In this document: piece after piece, positions 27,320 through 37,676 of the stretch | Layout: the number at the start of each line of letters is the position of its first letter | Position numbering within the stretch: the first letter of the stretch is position 1 | Assembly (NCBI GenBank): GCA_963777505.1 | Contig: CAVZQN010000004.1 | Coordinates: 416,001-480,000, forward strand | DNA from: an uncultured bacterium | GTDB taxonomy: Bacteria > Acidobacteriota > HRBIN11 > JAKEFK01 | Length of the DNA stretch: 64,000 bases | Direction of reading: 5' to 3' | The notes under the pieces: generated by a model | Databases searched by the model: none | What the model was told of the DNA's origin: nothing | The model's input: the letters and a program-made list of their open reading frames with translations, nothing else | Translations under genes and position numbers: made by a program

Positions 27320-30300
27320 ATGGCTGCCAAGAATCGTATGACGATTGATGCAAATGAGGCTGCGGCCTCCGTTGCATTTCGATTCAGTGAAGTGATCGCA
27401 ATTTATCCGATTACTCCAAGTTCTCCAATGGCGGAAGTTTGTGATGAATGGGCCAATAAAAAGAAAACGAATCTCTGGGGAGTAATCCCTGAAATAGCTG
27501 AAATGCAATCAGAAGGCGGTGCTGCAGGAGCTGTTCATGGTGCTCTGCAAGCAGGTGCATTGTCAACTACGTTCACCGCTTCTCAAGGCTTGCTGTTGAT
27601 GATCCCCAATATGTACAAAATTGCAGGGGAGTTGTCACCGTTCGTGATGCATGTCACTGCTCGTACATTGGCAACACATGCACTTTCGATTTTTGGCGAT
27701 CATTCGGATGTGATGGCCTGCCGCCAAACAGGGTTTGCACTTTTATGTTCAAACTCAGTGCAGGAAGCGCACGACCTCGCGGCGATTTCGCACGCCGCCA
27801 CGTTGGAGTCTCGCATTCCTTTCATGCATTTCTTCGATGGCTTTCGTACTTCACATGAAGTCGCAAAGATTGAAACACTGAGCGATGACGATCTGCGAAG
27901 CCTTATTTCGGAAGCAAACATTGAAGCGCATCGCAAGCGCGCTCTGACACCAGATCATCCGTTGCTTCGTGGCACAGCTCAGAATCCGGATGTTTTCTTT
28001 CAAGCGCGTGAAGCCGCAAATCTTTTTTATAATGCCTGCCCGGACATCGTTCAACGCTTGATGAACAAGTTCGCAGAACTCACTGGACGTTCCTATAAAC
28101 TTTTCGAATACGTCGGACATCCTGAAGCCGAACGTGTGATCGTCATCATGGGATCTGGCGCGGAAACAGTACACGAAACTGTAGAACATTTAGTAAATCA
28201 AGGGGAGAAAATTGGTTTACTCAAAGTTCGGCTCTACAGGCCTTTTGTGCGAGCCGCATTCATCGCCGCATTGCCTCGCAGTGTACAGAACATTGCAGTA
28301 CTGGATCGGACTAAAGAGCCAGGGGCTCTGGGTGATCCACTCTACCTGGATGTAATGACTGCCCTCGCTGAAGCACGTGCGGAAGGTGAATCATCATTCA
28401 AGACGGAACCGCGAGTCATCGCAGGCCGATATGGACTTTCATCGAAAGAGTTTACTCCCGCGATGGTGAAATCTGTTTTTGATGAGTTAGGAAAAAAGGA
28501 TGCTCGCCGCCACTTTACAATCGGTATCAAAGACGATGTGACTCACACTTCATTGGATTGGGATCCCTCGTTTCGAACCGAGGCGAACGATGTATCAAGA
28601 TCATTGTTTTATGGCCTTGGTGCCGATGGAACGGTTGGCGCAAACAAGAACTCAATCAAAATTATCGGCCAGGAAACTGAACGTTATGTGCAAGGTTACT
28701 TTGTTTATGATTCAAAAAAATCGGGAGCGATTACAATTTCGCACTTGCGTTCGAGTCCGCGCCCGATCCGTTCGGCATATCTAATCGATCTTGCCAGTTT
28801 CGTAGCCTGTCATCAATTCGAGTTCATTGATAAGTTCGATTTGCTTGAATATGCGGCGCCAGGTGCTGCATTTTTGTTGAATGCTCCAGGTGATGCAGAA
28901 AAAGTTTGGGATCAACTTCCTCGCGAAATGCAGCAGCAAATGATTGAGAAAAAGCTCCGGTTTTATGCAATTGATGCCTATACATTGGCAAAGCAAGTAG
29001 GAATGGGTGGAAGGATTAACACGATTATGCAAACTTGCTTTTTTGCTATCTCCGGAATTTTGCCGCGCGATGAAGCAATCACTCACATTAAGAAAGCGAT
29101 TGAAAAAACGTATGGGAAACGGGGTCCTGAAGTTGTTAAACGGAACTGGGAAGTAGTAGACCAATCGTTGGCGCATCTTCATGAAATTCCAGTACCTGCG
29201 GCAATCAGTGCTACACGAAATCGTCCACCGATTGTTTCCGAAAAAGCGCCCGATTTTGTTCAGAAGATCACAGCAGTCATGCTTGCTGGTAAAGGCGACA
29301 TGCTTCCGGTGAGCGCTTTTCCAGTTGATGGCACATGGCCAACAGCAACTGCGAAGTGGGAGAAGCGGAATCTCGCACTTGAAATTCCAGTATGGGATTC
29401 AAAGGTATGTATTCAATGCAACCAGTGTGCGCTGGTTTGTCCGCATGCTGCGATCCGCGCAAAGGTATATGACGGCGCATCTCTCGATGATTCACCATCA
29501 GCATTCAAATCCACTGCCTATAGAGGAAATGAATACAAAGGGAAGATGTTTACAATCCAGGTTGCGCCAGAGGATTGCACCGGCTGCAACTTATGTGTGA
29601 ATGTTTGTCCCGCAAAAGATAAAACAAATCCTAAACACAAAGCGATCAATATGGAAGCTCAAGCTCCGATACTCGATTCGGAGCGCATTAACTATGATTT
29701 TTTCCTTAACCTTCCTGAAATGGAACGAACCGATATTGTGAAACTTGATCATAAAGGTTCACAGTTCATGGAACCACTTTTTGAGTACTCCGGAGCTTGC
29801 AATGGTTGCGGTGAAACGCCGTATCTCAAAATGCTGACCCAGCTTTTCGGTGACAGGTTGCTGATTGCCAATGCCACCGGTTGCTCATCTATATATGGTG
29901 GGAATTTGCCAACCACACCTTACACCACAAACCGGGATGGAAGAGGGCCGGCATGGTCCAACTCACTTTTCGAAGATAACGCTGAGTTTGGTTTCGGTTT
30001 TCGCCTAGCTCTTGATGCTCACATCAAAGCGGCTCGTGTGCTTTTAGAACGGCTCGGTTCACAGATCGGTGACACTCTTACTTCAGAATTGCTTGGTGCG
30101 GATCAAACGAACGATGCAGGGATCAATGCGCAACGCGACAGAGTGAAAGCGTTACAAAGCAAACTGACCGGTATTCAGTCTGCGGAAGCGAGACGACTAG
30201 AAACACTATCCGATTATCTTGTGAAGAAGAGTGTATGGCTTGTTGGTGGCGATGGATGGGCTTACGACATCGGTTACGGCGGACTGGATCACGTAATTGC

Positions 30301-30937
30301 GAACCATCGGGACGTCAATATTCTTGTGATGGATACCGAAGTTTACTCCAACACCGGAGGTCAACAATCAAAAGCAACTCCGCTTGGTGCTTCCGCTAAG
30401 TTTGCGGCGTCTGGAAAACCGGTAGGTAAGAAAGACCTTGGTGCATTGGCAAACATGTACGGACATGTGTATGTTGCGCGCATTGCATTCGGTGCAAAGA
30501 TGGCGCAAACCACACAAGCATTCTTAGAAGCCGAGTCCTATCCCGGACCTTCATTGATTATTGCGTACAGTCATTGTATTGCGCACGGTTACGACATGGC
30601 GCAAGGTGTTGCACAACAAAAGTTGGCTGTATCTTCAGGTGTTTGGCCACTCTATCGTTTCGACCCCAGACGGTTGGTTAAAGGTGAGCCACCCTTGAAT
30701 CTGGACTACGGTCCACCCAAAGGAAATGTTGCTGAATACATGCAGAATGAATCGCGCTTTCGAATGATTGAACGCGCAGATCCTGAACGTTACAAACATT
30801 TCCTTAAAGAATCTCAAGCCGCGGCACAACGCAGATATGCAGTGTATCAACAACTCGCTGGAATTACCGTTCCTGTTATCGAACCAAAAACCGAGGAAGC
30901 CGCATCACCGAATTCGCCAGCGAAGGAGGTTAAATGA
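27320..30937 (+). CDS. nifJ: Pyruvate:ferredoxin (flavodoxin) oxidoreductase
   Basis: YPITPSS, EMQSEGGAAG, two 4Fe-4S motifs (CIQCNQCALVCP, CTGCNLCVNVCP), GGDGWAYDIG, YSNTGGQ. Confidence 0.97.
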   Translation: MAAKNRMTIDANEAAASVAFRFSEVIAIYPITPSSPMAEVCDEWANKKKTNLWGVIPEIAEMQSEGGAAGAVHGALQAGALSTTFTASQGLLLMIPNMYKIAGELSPFVMHVTARTLATHALSIFGDHSDVMACRQTGFALLCSNSVQEAHDLAAISHAATLESRIPFMHFFDGFRTSHEVAKIETLSDDDLRSLISEANIEAHRKRALTPDHPLLRGTAQNPDVFFQAREAANLFYNACPDIVQRLMNKFAELTGRSYKLFEYVGHPEAERVIVIMGSGAETVHETVEHLVNQGEKIGLLKVRLYRPFVRAAFIAALPRSVQNIAVLDRTKEPGALGDPLYLDVMTALAEARAEGESSFKTEPRVIAGRYGLSSKEFTPAMVKSVFDELGKKDARRHFTIGIKDDVTHTSLDWDPSFRTEANDVSRSLFYGLGADGTVGANKNSIKIIGQETERYVQGYFVYDSKKSGAITISHLRSSPRPIRSAYLIDLASFVACHQFEFIDKFDLLEYAAPGAAFLLNAPGDAEKVWDQLPREMQQQMIEKKLRFYAIDAYTLAKQVGMGGRINTIMQTCFFAISGILPRDEAITHIKKAIEKTYGKRGPEVVKRNWEVVDQSLAHLHEIPVPAAISATRNRPPIVSEKAPDFVQKITAVMLAGKGDMLPVSAFPVDGTWPTATAKWEKRNLALEIPVWDSKVCIQCNQCALVCPHAAIRAKVYDGASLDDSPSAFKSTAYRGNEYKGKMFTIQVAPEDCTGCNLCVNVCPAKDKTNPKHKAINMEAQAPILDSERINYDFFLNLPEMERTDIVKLDHKGSQFMEPLFEYSGACNGCGETPYLKMLTQLFGDRLLIANATGCSSIYGGNLPTTPYTTNRDGRGPAWSNSLFEDNAEFGFGFRLALDAHIKAARVLLERLGSQIGDTLTSELLGADQTNDAGINAQRDRVKALQSKLTGIQSAEARRLETLSDYLVKKSVWLVGGDGWAYDIGYGGLDHVIANHRDVNILVMDTEVYSNTGGQQSKATPLGASAKFAASGKPVGKKDLGALANMYGHVYVARIAFGAKMAQTTQAFLEAESYPGPSLIIAYSHCIAHGYDMAQGVAQQKLAVSSGVWPLYRFDPRRLVKGEPPLNLDYGPPKGNVAEYMQNESRFRMIERADPERYKHFLKESQAAAQRRYAVYQQLAGITVPVIEPKTEEAASPNSPAKEVK

Positions 30938-31929
30938 ATCTCAACACAACGTACCTAGGAATTCAGCTGCCCCACCCACTGATTGTTGGTTCGGGGCCGC
31001 TTGGTGACGATATCGATATTGTCAGGGAACTTGAGGATGGAGGTGCTGCAGCTCTCGTATTGCGATCGCTATACGAAGAAGAGATCAAAGGCGAACAGAT
31101 GAAAGCGTTCTTCGATATTGAAAGCCATGAAGAATCCTTTGCCGAAGCAACGAGTTATTCTCCGGATCCTGAATCAGCCTTTGGACCAGATGAGTATCTT
31201 GAACACTTGCGGCGGGTGAAGAATGCGGTGCGCATCCCTGTGATCGCATCCTTGAATGGAATGTCACTTGGCGGTTGGACTTCGTATGCAAGCCTGATGG
31301 AGCAAGCAGGAGCTGATGCGTTGGAACTAAATATCTATCATGCCGCTAGTGATCCCACTTTGAGTAGTGCAGAGGTAGAGCGACAGGTGATCGAAATTGT
31401 GCGTGAAGTGAAACGGACGGTTCGTATTCCAGTTGCTGTTAAGCTGTCGCCTTTGTTAACTGCATTTGCAAACTTCGCTCTTCAACTGGATGCGGCAGGA
31501 ACTGATGGAATTATTCTTTTTACGCGTTTTTATCAGGCTGATATTGATCCAATCGAACTCGAGGTTGTTCGTACACTCGAACTCTCCAACTCTTCGGAGC
31601 TTCGTCTTAGACTCCGGGGTACCGCAGTTCTGTCAGGTCGTGTCAAAGCTTCGCTTGCAATTACTGGTGGTGTTCATACGGCACTGGATGTGATCAAGTC
31701 AACGATGGCAGGCGCGCATGTCACGCAGTTGGTATCAGCTCTTCTGCAAAATGGTCCAGGTCATTTGCGTACTTTGTTAAGCGATATCAAAGGATGGATG
31801 GAAGAGAACGAGTGGAGTTCACTGAATGAAATGCGCGGCAACATGAGCTACCAACGTGTTCCCAATCCGGCCGACTATGAGCGGCAAATTTTTAGGAGTA
31901 TGTTTGCGGCAAGAAATTACCATGGATGA
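30934..31929 (+). CDS. Dihydroorotate dehydrogenase-like flavoprotein
   Basis: LNTTYLGIQLPHPLIVGSGPL, AGADALELN, PVAVKLSP, TGGVH; ATGA overlap with nifJ. Confidence 0.85.
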   Translation: MNLNTTYLGIQLPHPLIVGSGPLGDDIDIVRELEDGGAAALVLRSLYEEEIKGEQMKAFFDIESHEESFAEATSYSPDPESAFGPDEYLEHLRRVKNAVRIPVIASLNGMSLGGWTSYASLMEQAGADALELNIYHAASDPTLSSAEVERQVIEIVREVKRTVRIPVAVKLSPLLTAFANFALQLDAAGTDGIILFTRFYQADIDPIELEVVRTLELSNSSELRLRLRGTAVLSGRVKASLAITGGVHTALDVIKSTMAGAHVTQLVSALLQNGPGHLRTLLSDIKGWMEENEWSSLNEMRGNMSYQRVPNPADYERQIFRSMFAARNYHG

Positions 31930-31930
31930 G

Positions 31931-32040
31931 CGGACCGCGGACATCTTGTCCGCATTAGGGATCGCAGGCATCTTGCCTGCAAAAAAAATTGCGGACTGGA
32001 AGTCCGCGGTCCCTTATGCAGGCCGGAGGCCTGCGGTCCC
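31931..32040. repeat. Cluster of four REP-like palindromes inside the operon
   Basis: GGACCGCGGACATCTTGTCCGCA and GGGATCGCAGGCATCTTGCCTGCA followed by inverted TGCGGACTGGAAGTCCGCGGTCCC and TGCAGGCCGGAGGCCTGCGGTCCC. Confidence 0.75.
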
Positions 32041-32063
32041 TTTAGGTTGAAGGAGAAATTACC

Positions 32064-33251
32064 ATGGATGATTTTGCACTTGTACTCAATGCCGGTTCAT
32101 CAAGTTTAAAATTCTGTGTATTCCAACGGCCAGCAGGAAAAAGTTGGCGGCTTGAAGCACGAGGTCAAATCGAAGGCATCGGCACTTCACCACAACTGTC
32201 AGTTAAAGACGGCGCGGGGACAAAGATTGCTGAAGAAAAGCTGGATCCAAGTGTAAATGATGGACGTAAGGCACTTGATGCTCTGGCTGCATGGCTTCGC
32301 TCTATATATGGAGGGGCTCGGGTATTGGGTGTCGGTCATCGAGTCGTTCATGGTGGAGCCGATTTCACGAAGCCAACCGTAGTAACTCCACAGATTCTGG
32401 AAGATTTGCGCAAACTAATTCCACTCGCGCCGCTTCATCAACCTTACAATCTGGCTGCAATTGAAGCGGTTTTTGAACGGCTCCCGGATGTTCCGCAAGT
32501 TGCTTGTTTCGATACAAGCTTTCATCGCGGCCATTCGGCAGTTGCGGAAGTAGTTCCTCTGCCACGCGAACTCTGTAAAGATGGATTGCTGCGTTACGGT
32601 TTTCACGGATTATCGTACGAATACATCGCTTCGGTATTACCGGAAATTGCTCCTGAAATTGCAAACGCACGCGTTATCGTTGCCCATCTTGGAAGTGGCG
32701 CCAGTTTGTGCGCGTTGAAAGAAGGAAAAAGTATCGAAAATACTCTTGGCTTTACAGCACTGGATGGACTTTGCATGGGCACGCGACCTGGCGCGCTCGA
32801 TCCTGGTGTGGTTCTTTATCTTTTCCAGGGTCTGGGACTCTCCGCAAAAGAAGTAGAAACCATATTGTACAAAAAATCAGGCTTACTCGGAATCTCAGGC
32901 ATCAGCAACGATATGCGCGACCTGCTTGGAAAGAAAGAGCCGGAAGCACGACTCGCTGTGGATTATTTTATCTACCGCATCGCGAAGGAAATCGGTGCAC
33001 TTGCCGCAGTACTAGGTGGTATCGATGCACTCGTATTTACAGCGGGTATTGGCGAGAACTCAGCCGAAATCCGGCAGCGAATTTGTGAGTCTTCGGCATG
33101 GCTCGGTGTGGAACTCGATCACAATGCGAACTCCAGCAAGAGTCAACGAATTTCTCGCAGCGGAAGCAAAGTGTCAGCATGGGTAATTCCGACGAATGAA
33201 GAATTAATGATCGCACGGCACACAGGTTCGCTTCTCGGTTTAAGAAATTAA
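32064..33251 (+). CDS. ackA: Acetate/propionate kinase
   Basis: VLNAGSSSLKF, VGHRVVHGG, LAPLHQP, RYGFHGLS, FTAGIGENS, IPTNEELMIA. Confidence 0.95.
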   Translation: MDDFALVLNAGSSSLKFCVFQRPAGKSWRLEARGQIEGIGTSPQLSVKDGAGTKIAEEKLDPSVNDGRKALDALAAWLRSIYGGARVLGVGHRVVHGGADFTKPTVVTPQILEDLRKLIPLAPLHQPYNLAAIEAVFERLPDVPQVACFDTSFHRGHSAVAEVVPLPRELCKDGLLRYGFHGLSYEYIASVLPEIAPEIANARVIVAHLGSGASLCALKEGKSIENTLGFTALDGLCMGTRPGALDPGVVLYLFQGLGLSAKEVETILYKKSGLLGISGISNDMRDLLGKKEPEARLAVDYFIYRIAKEIGALAAVLGGIDALVFTAGIGENSAEIRQRICESSAWLGVELDHNANSSKSQRISRSGSKVSAWVIPTNEELMIARHTGSLLGLRN

Positions 33252-33270
33252 AAGTGGTGATATGAGGGAT

Positions 33271-33306
33271 CTAACCGGTAAAATGCGATTACCGGTTAGG
33301 TTTTTT
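33271..33306 (+). terminator. Probable intrinsic terminator after ackA
   Basis: CTAACCGGTAA-loop-TTACCGGTTAG followed by a T6 tract. Confidence 0.6.
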
Positions 33307-33383
33307 AAGCTTTCGCAAAAGATGGTTTTGCGCCCGGATTGGGCATTAACAAACAAATAATCTAGATGGACAAGGAGTCTAGT

Positions 33384-33956
33384 ATGAAAATAAGAATGGA
33401 AACAATTCTTCGACTCATGTTGCTGGGTGTCATGGTTCTGATGTTGACATCCCAGAATTCAACGATTGTATTTGCGGATAGCGCAGCAGAAATAGCGCAG
33501 GAATCTAAATCAGCTTTAGATACACTTTATGCAAGCAATCCGGAAATAAAGAAGCTAGGGCAGAAGGCAAAAGCCGTTCTTGTCTTCCCCGAGGTTAAGA
33601 AGGCCGGACTTGTTGTAGGTGGTCAAGGCGGTGAGGGAGCGTTGTTGCAAAACGGCAAGGCTGTTGGCTATTTTAAGACGGCAGCGGCCTCCTTTGGCCT
33701 GCAAGCCGGCGTTCAGGAATTTTCACTCGCGATGTTTTTCATGGATGATGCTTCACTTAAATATCTGCGAGAAAGCGATGGCTGGGAAATCGGTAGCGGC
33801 CCCAGCGTTGTCGTTGCGGACGAAGGCTTTGGAAAGACAATGACGAGTTCAACCATAAAAGACGGAATCTATGCGTTCATTTATGGTCAAAAAGGGCTTA
33901 TGGCAGGTATCGGAATACAAGGCTCAAAAATTTCCAAGATTACTCCGGACAAATAG
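33384..33956 (+). CDS. YSC84/SYLF-like lipid-binding exported protein
   Basis: Signal peptide; AKAVLVFPEVKKAGLVVGGQGGEG, ASFGLQAG, GQKGLMAGIGIQGSKISKI. Confidence 0.85.
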   Translation: MKIRMETILRLMLLGVMVLMLTSQNSTIVFADSAAEIAQESKSALDTLYASNPEIKKLGQKAKAVLVFPEVKKAGLVVGGQGGEGALLQNGKAVGYFKTAAASFGLQAGVQEFSLAMFFMDDASLKYLRESDGWEIGSGPSVVVADEGFGKTMTSSTIKDGIYAFIYGQKGLMAGIGIQGSKISKITPDK

Positions 33957-34195
33957 ATCAGTTCGTCTGACTAAAAACTGTCAGCACAGTTGAAATAATT
34001 GTTCCGTTAGCGATTTTCTTCTTAATCTCTCCGCAATTATACTGGGTAACAGCCAGTATTTTTGCGGATTGTGTGCCCGTACTGTAGCTATAGCTTTGAA
34101 TTAGTGTCGGCGGCTTAGACTCCGGCTGAATGAACATCTTCAAAAAAAATAGTCATGTCCACATTCCTCTTCCAATTTCCAGTAAGGAGTCAACG

Positions 34196-34324
34196 ATGAA
34201 AAGGATTTGCAGAGCGTTCATTTTGATCATACCGACTTTGCTTCTTGTAAGTTTGCTTTTTCCAAATTTTGGTTTTGCTTCTGAAGGTTATCCAATCTTG
34301 ATTTCTACTTCGTTCATATTCTAA
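34196..34324 (+). CDS. 42-aa ORF that is mostly a signal peptide (small protein or gene remnant)
   Basis: AAGGAG RBS; MKRICRAFILIIPTLLLVSLLFPNFGFA-SEGYPILISTSFIF*. Confidence 0.35.
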   Translation: MKRICRAFILIIPTLLLVSLLFPNFGFASEGYPILISTSFIF

Positions 34325-34476
34325 TGAATTAGAATTAATAGCGGGCAAATTCTAAAGTGAAGAGTTTGTCATTCTTCACTCACGGTTCTTTCCAGCTGCT
34401 GACATCTTTCAATTAGGAGGTATTGAGCGGCACATGGAAGTTTCCAGAAGTTACAGTAGCTGAGTAGTAATCATTC

Positions 34477-37400
34477 TTAGTTGTTTCCAATCAAAACAAA
34501 CGAGGCCCAGTAGTAAGGATGACTGTACTTGGAGCTTCGAATCATTTGCAGCCGGGCTTCCTTGAGTGCATCTGCTTTATTTAGCTTCCGCTTTTCCATG
34601 TTTTCGTAAAACGTTTTCATGAAATCAGCGGTTGACCGGTCATAAACATTCCAAAGACTGACCAATACGCTTGGTGTTCCGGCACATAAAAATGCGCGCG
34701 ACAAGCCGCTAACGCCTTCACCACGGATGCGTTTACCGAGACCGGTTTTGCAAGCGGATAAAACGACAAGGTCTGCGTTTAACTTTAGATCAAAAACTTC
34801 TCGCACCGTAAGATAACCGTCTTCTTCATCATCATGTCGCAAAATCAGAGAAGAAAATTGCGGCATTTCTTCATCAATCAAGCCATGACTCGCAAAGTGA
34901 ACGTATTTATAATTCTGCAAATCCAATTGTTTCAGTTTTTTTTCACTCGCTTGCGATCCTATATAGACCGAAGTTTTATCGGCAGAATATAACCGCGCAA
35001 TCCCTTCGACTTCAGGTCTCGAATAAGGTAGAGGCCCGAGAGTCCCCACCCATTCCCTGACAAGTGAGTTTGGTCTGTTTGAAGAATCACCAAAGGCTGG
35101 ATCTGCAAAAGCTAAGAATTGTTTTCTCTCCGTGTCCTCCGGAGAAGTCTTCCGTTCAGAAAAGAGTGAGAAAACAGAAACGGATGGCACATATTGGATC
35201 TGATACTCACGCCCAAGATAGGGAAGTCGTGCAAAATTTGGTGAGGTTGCATCTGTAGTCACAGTCAAAAGACATTCAAAAGGAAGATAATGAAGCGGAC
35301 CATCGGGCGAGATGATCACAAGCTTCTTATCCTGAATTAAAGCTTTCGCGGGCGATATTAATTTTGCATAGAGTTCCCCTGCACTTTGAACAAACTTTGT
35401 ATGCGAACGTTCCGAAATTTGGAAAGCATGATCAGGCTTTTGGATCACATCCCGAATTTGTGAAATGAGGACGGACAAATTTTCTTCGCCAGCCAGATGA
35501 TAAACATTCGCATCTTCACGAGTGACAGCAAAAAGAATTGTTGAGGATTGACCAACAAAATATTCAAGTAAGATTGTTTGATCATCCAGCAGAGCCTGAG
35601 CTTGCTTCAAGCTTGTAGGCTGAGGATATTGAGCCTCTGCAACCTGAGGATTCTGGCGCCGGATCTCAAGTAAAATAGTGGAGTATTGTTCCTCAAAATC
35701 CATTCTGTTTTTCTCAAGCTGCTGTAGTTTTGCATTTTGCGGATTTTCCTTTTGCTTTTCCTCATTGATTTGTGACTGAATTTCAACAAGCTGATTGATT
35801 ACATTTTCTTTACGCTCTTGCAAATCAGGCGGAAGAGTTCTGGATGTTTCGACTCGCATTTCAGCAAGTGTGTCAAGAAATCCACGAGCTTTTGATCTCT
35901 GAGCATATTCAAATGCTTCTGCAATCTTTTTGTCCTTCAAAGTTACATGAATCAAATCCTCGTATGCTTCAAGTCTTGCGCTCAAATAGCCTTCTTTATT
36001 CTCGGGAAGCTCAAAGTCGGAACGGATTGATTCGATAACATCCACAGCCTCCCGAAATGCTTTCGCAGCCTCTTCTGTTCTTGCAGTGTCTCTAAAAATC
36101 TGCCCTTGTATGTGAAGTGAATGCCAATGCGCGGTGCGGTTACTAGTCTTCTTTGCAATTTCAACTGCTTTTGCGGCAGATTTTAATGCTTCAGATATTT
36201 CTTTCCTCGCATATTGTACTGCGGCCATCTCATTGTAAGCGTCGGCCATAGGATTCATAAGACCATTTTGCTCACTAATCGAAAGGGAATCCTTAAGGGT
36301 TTGCATTGCGCGATCGAAATCACCGAGTTTGTAATACACTTCAGCGACATAATTCAAATTATAAGCCGCCCCATTCTTATCATCGATTTCCGTACGAATT
36401 CGTAGAGCGCGCTCATAGTATTTCAGTGCAGCAGCATAATCACCAGACTCAAATGAGTACAATCCCAATTCATTCAAAGCGTACGTAAGGTTAAACTTGT
36501 CTCCAACTTCCTCCAAAAGCTTTACTGCCTTTTGAAGATAGCTGAGAGCCGTAGCGCTATTTCCGAAGTCCATATGCAACATTGCTACGCCAACCATACC
36601 ACCGGCGAAAAGACGCTTGTTTCCGATCTCTTCAGCCAGCTGAGTTCCTTTTAGAAGAGCATCGTATGATTTTGTAAAGTCATCCAGGTCGTAATATGCA
36701 GCGCCGGTGTTCAGCAGAAGGACACATTGTTGGAGGCGATCTCCTATTTCTTCAGCCAGCTTTGTGGCCTGAGTGTTGTATTCGATCTGGAGATGGCGGT
36801 CTCCTTGAGCATCAAACACAAGACCCAGGCCACTCAATATTCGTGATTGAATTCTTTTTGACTGGATTTTTTCAGCTATACTCCAACCTTTTTCAAGAGA
36901 CGCTTTTGCTTTTAGTAATTCACCGCCACGGTAATAAATGATTCCTTCATCCTTTAGACTCATTGCGATGCCCCATTGGTCCTGAATTTCCTGTGCAATG
37001 GCCAACGAGTTGTTCACATAATCAGCAGCTTTCTTAAATTCTCCTTTGTTCACATAAGCTAATCCGATATTTCTCAGAGTATCTGCTTCACCTTTTCTGT
37101 TCCCCGCTTCGCGATGCAGCCGTAATGCGGTTTCAGAAATTGATATTGATTCATTTGTGTTTGCACGAAGTAATTCGGTATTCGCTTTCTCAGTCAGATC
37201 AAAAGCGATAGCTTCCTTGGTCCTTAAAGTTGTATGTAACTTTTCAGCACGTGTTAGCGCTTCAAATGCTTTCTGATATTGAGCGAGCAAGTTGTAGCAG
37301 ATCCCAATTTTGTATAACGCATCTGCAGCCGTTTTCGCATCTTGTTGCTCTTCAGATTGTTTCAAAACTAATTCGAAATTTGCGAGTGCCTCAGGAAAAT

Positions 37401-37551
37401 TTTCTTTCAGCAACAAATCATTCGCTTTTCCAAGGAGATCTTCCACCTCGGACGGATTGCAGATTGATGCCGTTAAGAGAAAGAAAATGAAGATAAGCGT
37501 TGAATGACTCAACATATTGTTTCGGATGTATACAGCTGAGACTCTGCCCAT
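34477..37551 (-). CDS. TPR-repeat CHAT (caspase-like protease) domain protein
   Basis: Signal/TM segment, many TPRs, ISPDGPLHYLPFE, VHFASHG and VVLSACKTGLG (His/Cys dyad), HPYYWASF. Confidence 0.9.
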   Translation of the reverse strand: MGRVSAVYIRNNMLSHSTLIFIFFLLTASICNPSEVEDLLGKANDLLLKENFPEALANFELVLKQSEEQQDAKTAADALYKIGICYNLLAQYQKAFEALTRAEKLHTTLRTKEAIAFDLTEKANTELLRANTNESISISETALRLHREAGNRKGEADTLRNIGLAYVNKGEFKKAADYVNNSLAIAQEIQDQWGIAMSLKDEGIIYYRGGELLKAKASLEKGWSIAEKIQSKRIQSRILSGLGLVFDAQGDRHLQIEYNTQATKLAEEIGDRLQQCVLLLNTGAAYYDLDDFTKSYDALLKGTQLAEEIGNKRLFAGGMVGVAMLHMDFGNSATALSYLQKAVKLLEEVGDKFNLTYALNELGLYSFESGDYAAALKYYERALRIRTEIDDKNGAAYNLNYVAEVYYKLGDFDRAMQTLKDSLSISEQNGLMNPMADAYNEMAAVQYARKEISEALKSAAKAVEIAKKTSNRTAHWHSLHIQGQIFRDTARTEEAAKAFREAVDVIESIRSDFELPENKEGYLSARLEAYEDLIHVTLKDKKIAEAFEYAQRSKARGFLDTLAEMRVETSRTLPPDLQERKENVINQLVEIQSQINEEKQKENPQNAKLQQLEKNRMDFEEQYSTILLEIRRQNPQVAEAQYPQPTSLKQAQALLDDQTILLEYFVGQSSTILFAVTREDANVYHLAGEENLSVLISQIRDVIQKPDHAFQISERSHTKFVQSAGELYAKLISPAKALIQDKKLVIISPDGPLHYLPFECLLTVTTDATSPNFARLPYLGREYQIQYVPSVSVFSLFSERKTSPEDTERKQFLAFADPAFGDSSNRPNSLVREWVGTLGPLPYSRPEVEGIARLYSADKTSVYIGSQASEKKLKQLDLQNYKYVHFASHGLIDEEMPQFSSLILRHDDEEDGYLTVREVFDLKLNADLVVLSACKTGLGKRIRGEGVSGLSRAFLCAGTPSVLVSLWNVYDRSTADFMKTFYENMEKRKLNKADALKEARLQMIRSSKYSHPYYWASFVLIGNN

Positions 37552-37676
37552 TATATGCCTTTATTTTTTCAGAAATTCTCTTGATTCCAATGTTACCCGG
37601 ACTATTGTCGTAATTATCGAAACTAATTCAGGTAAAGATCTTTCACGACACCCCAATTCGTAAAGGAGGATTTACG

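Noticed and set aside
31931-32040. Possible CRISPR array
   Set aside because: Units are inverted, non-identical and lack unique spacers; no cas genes
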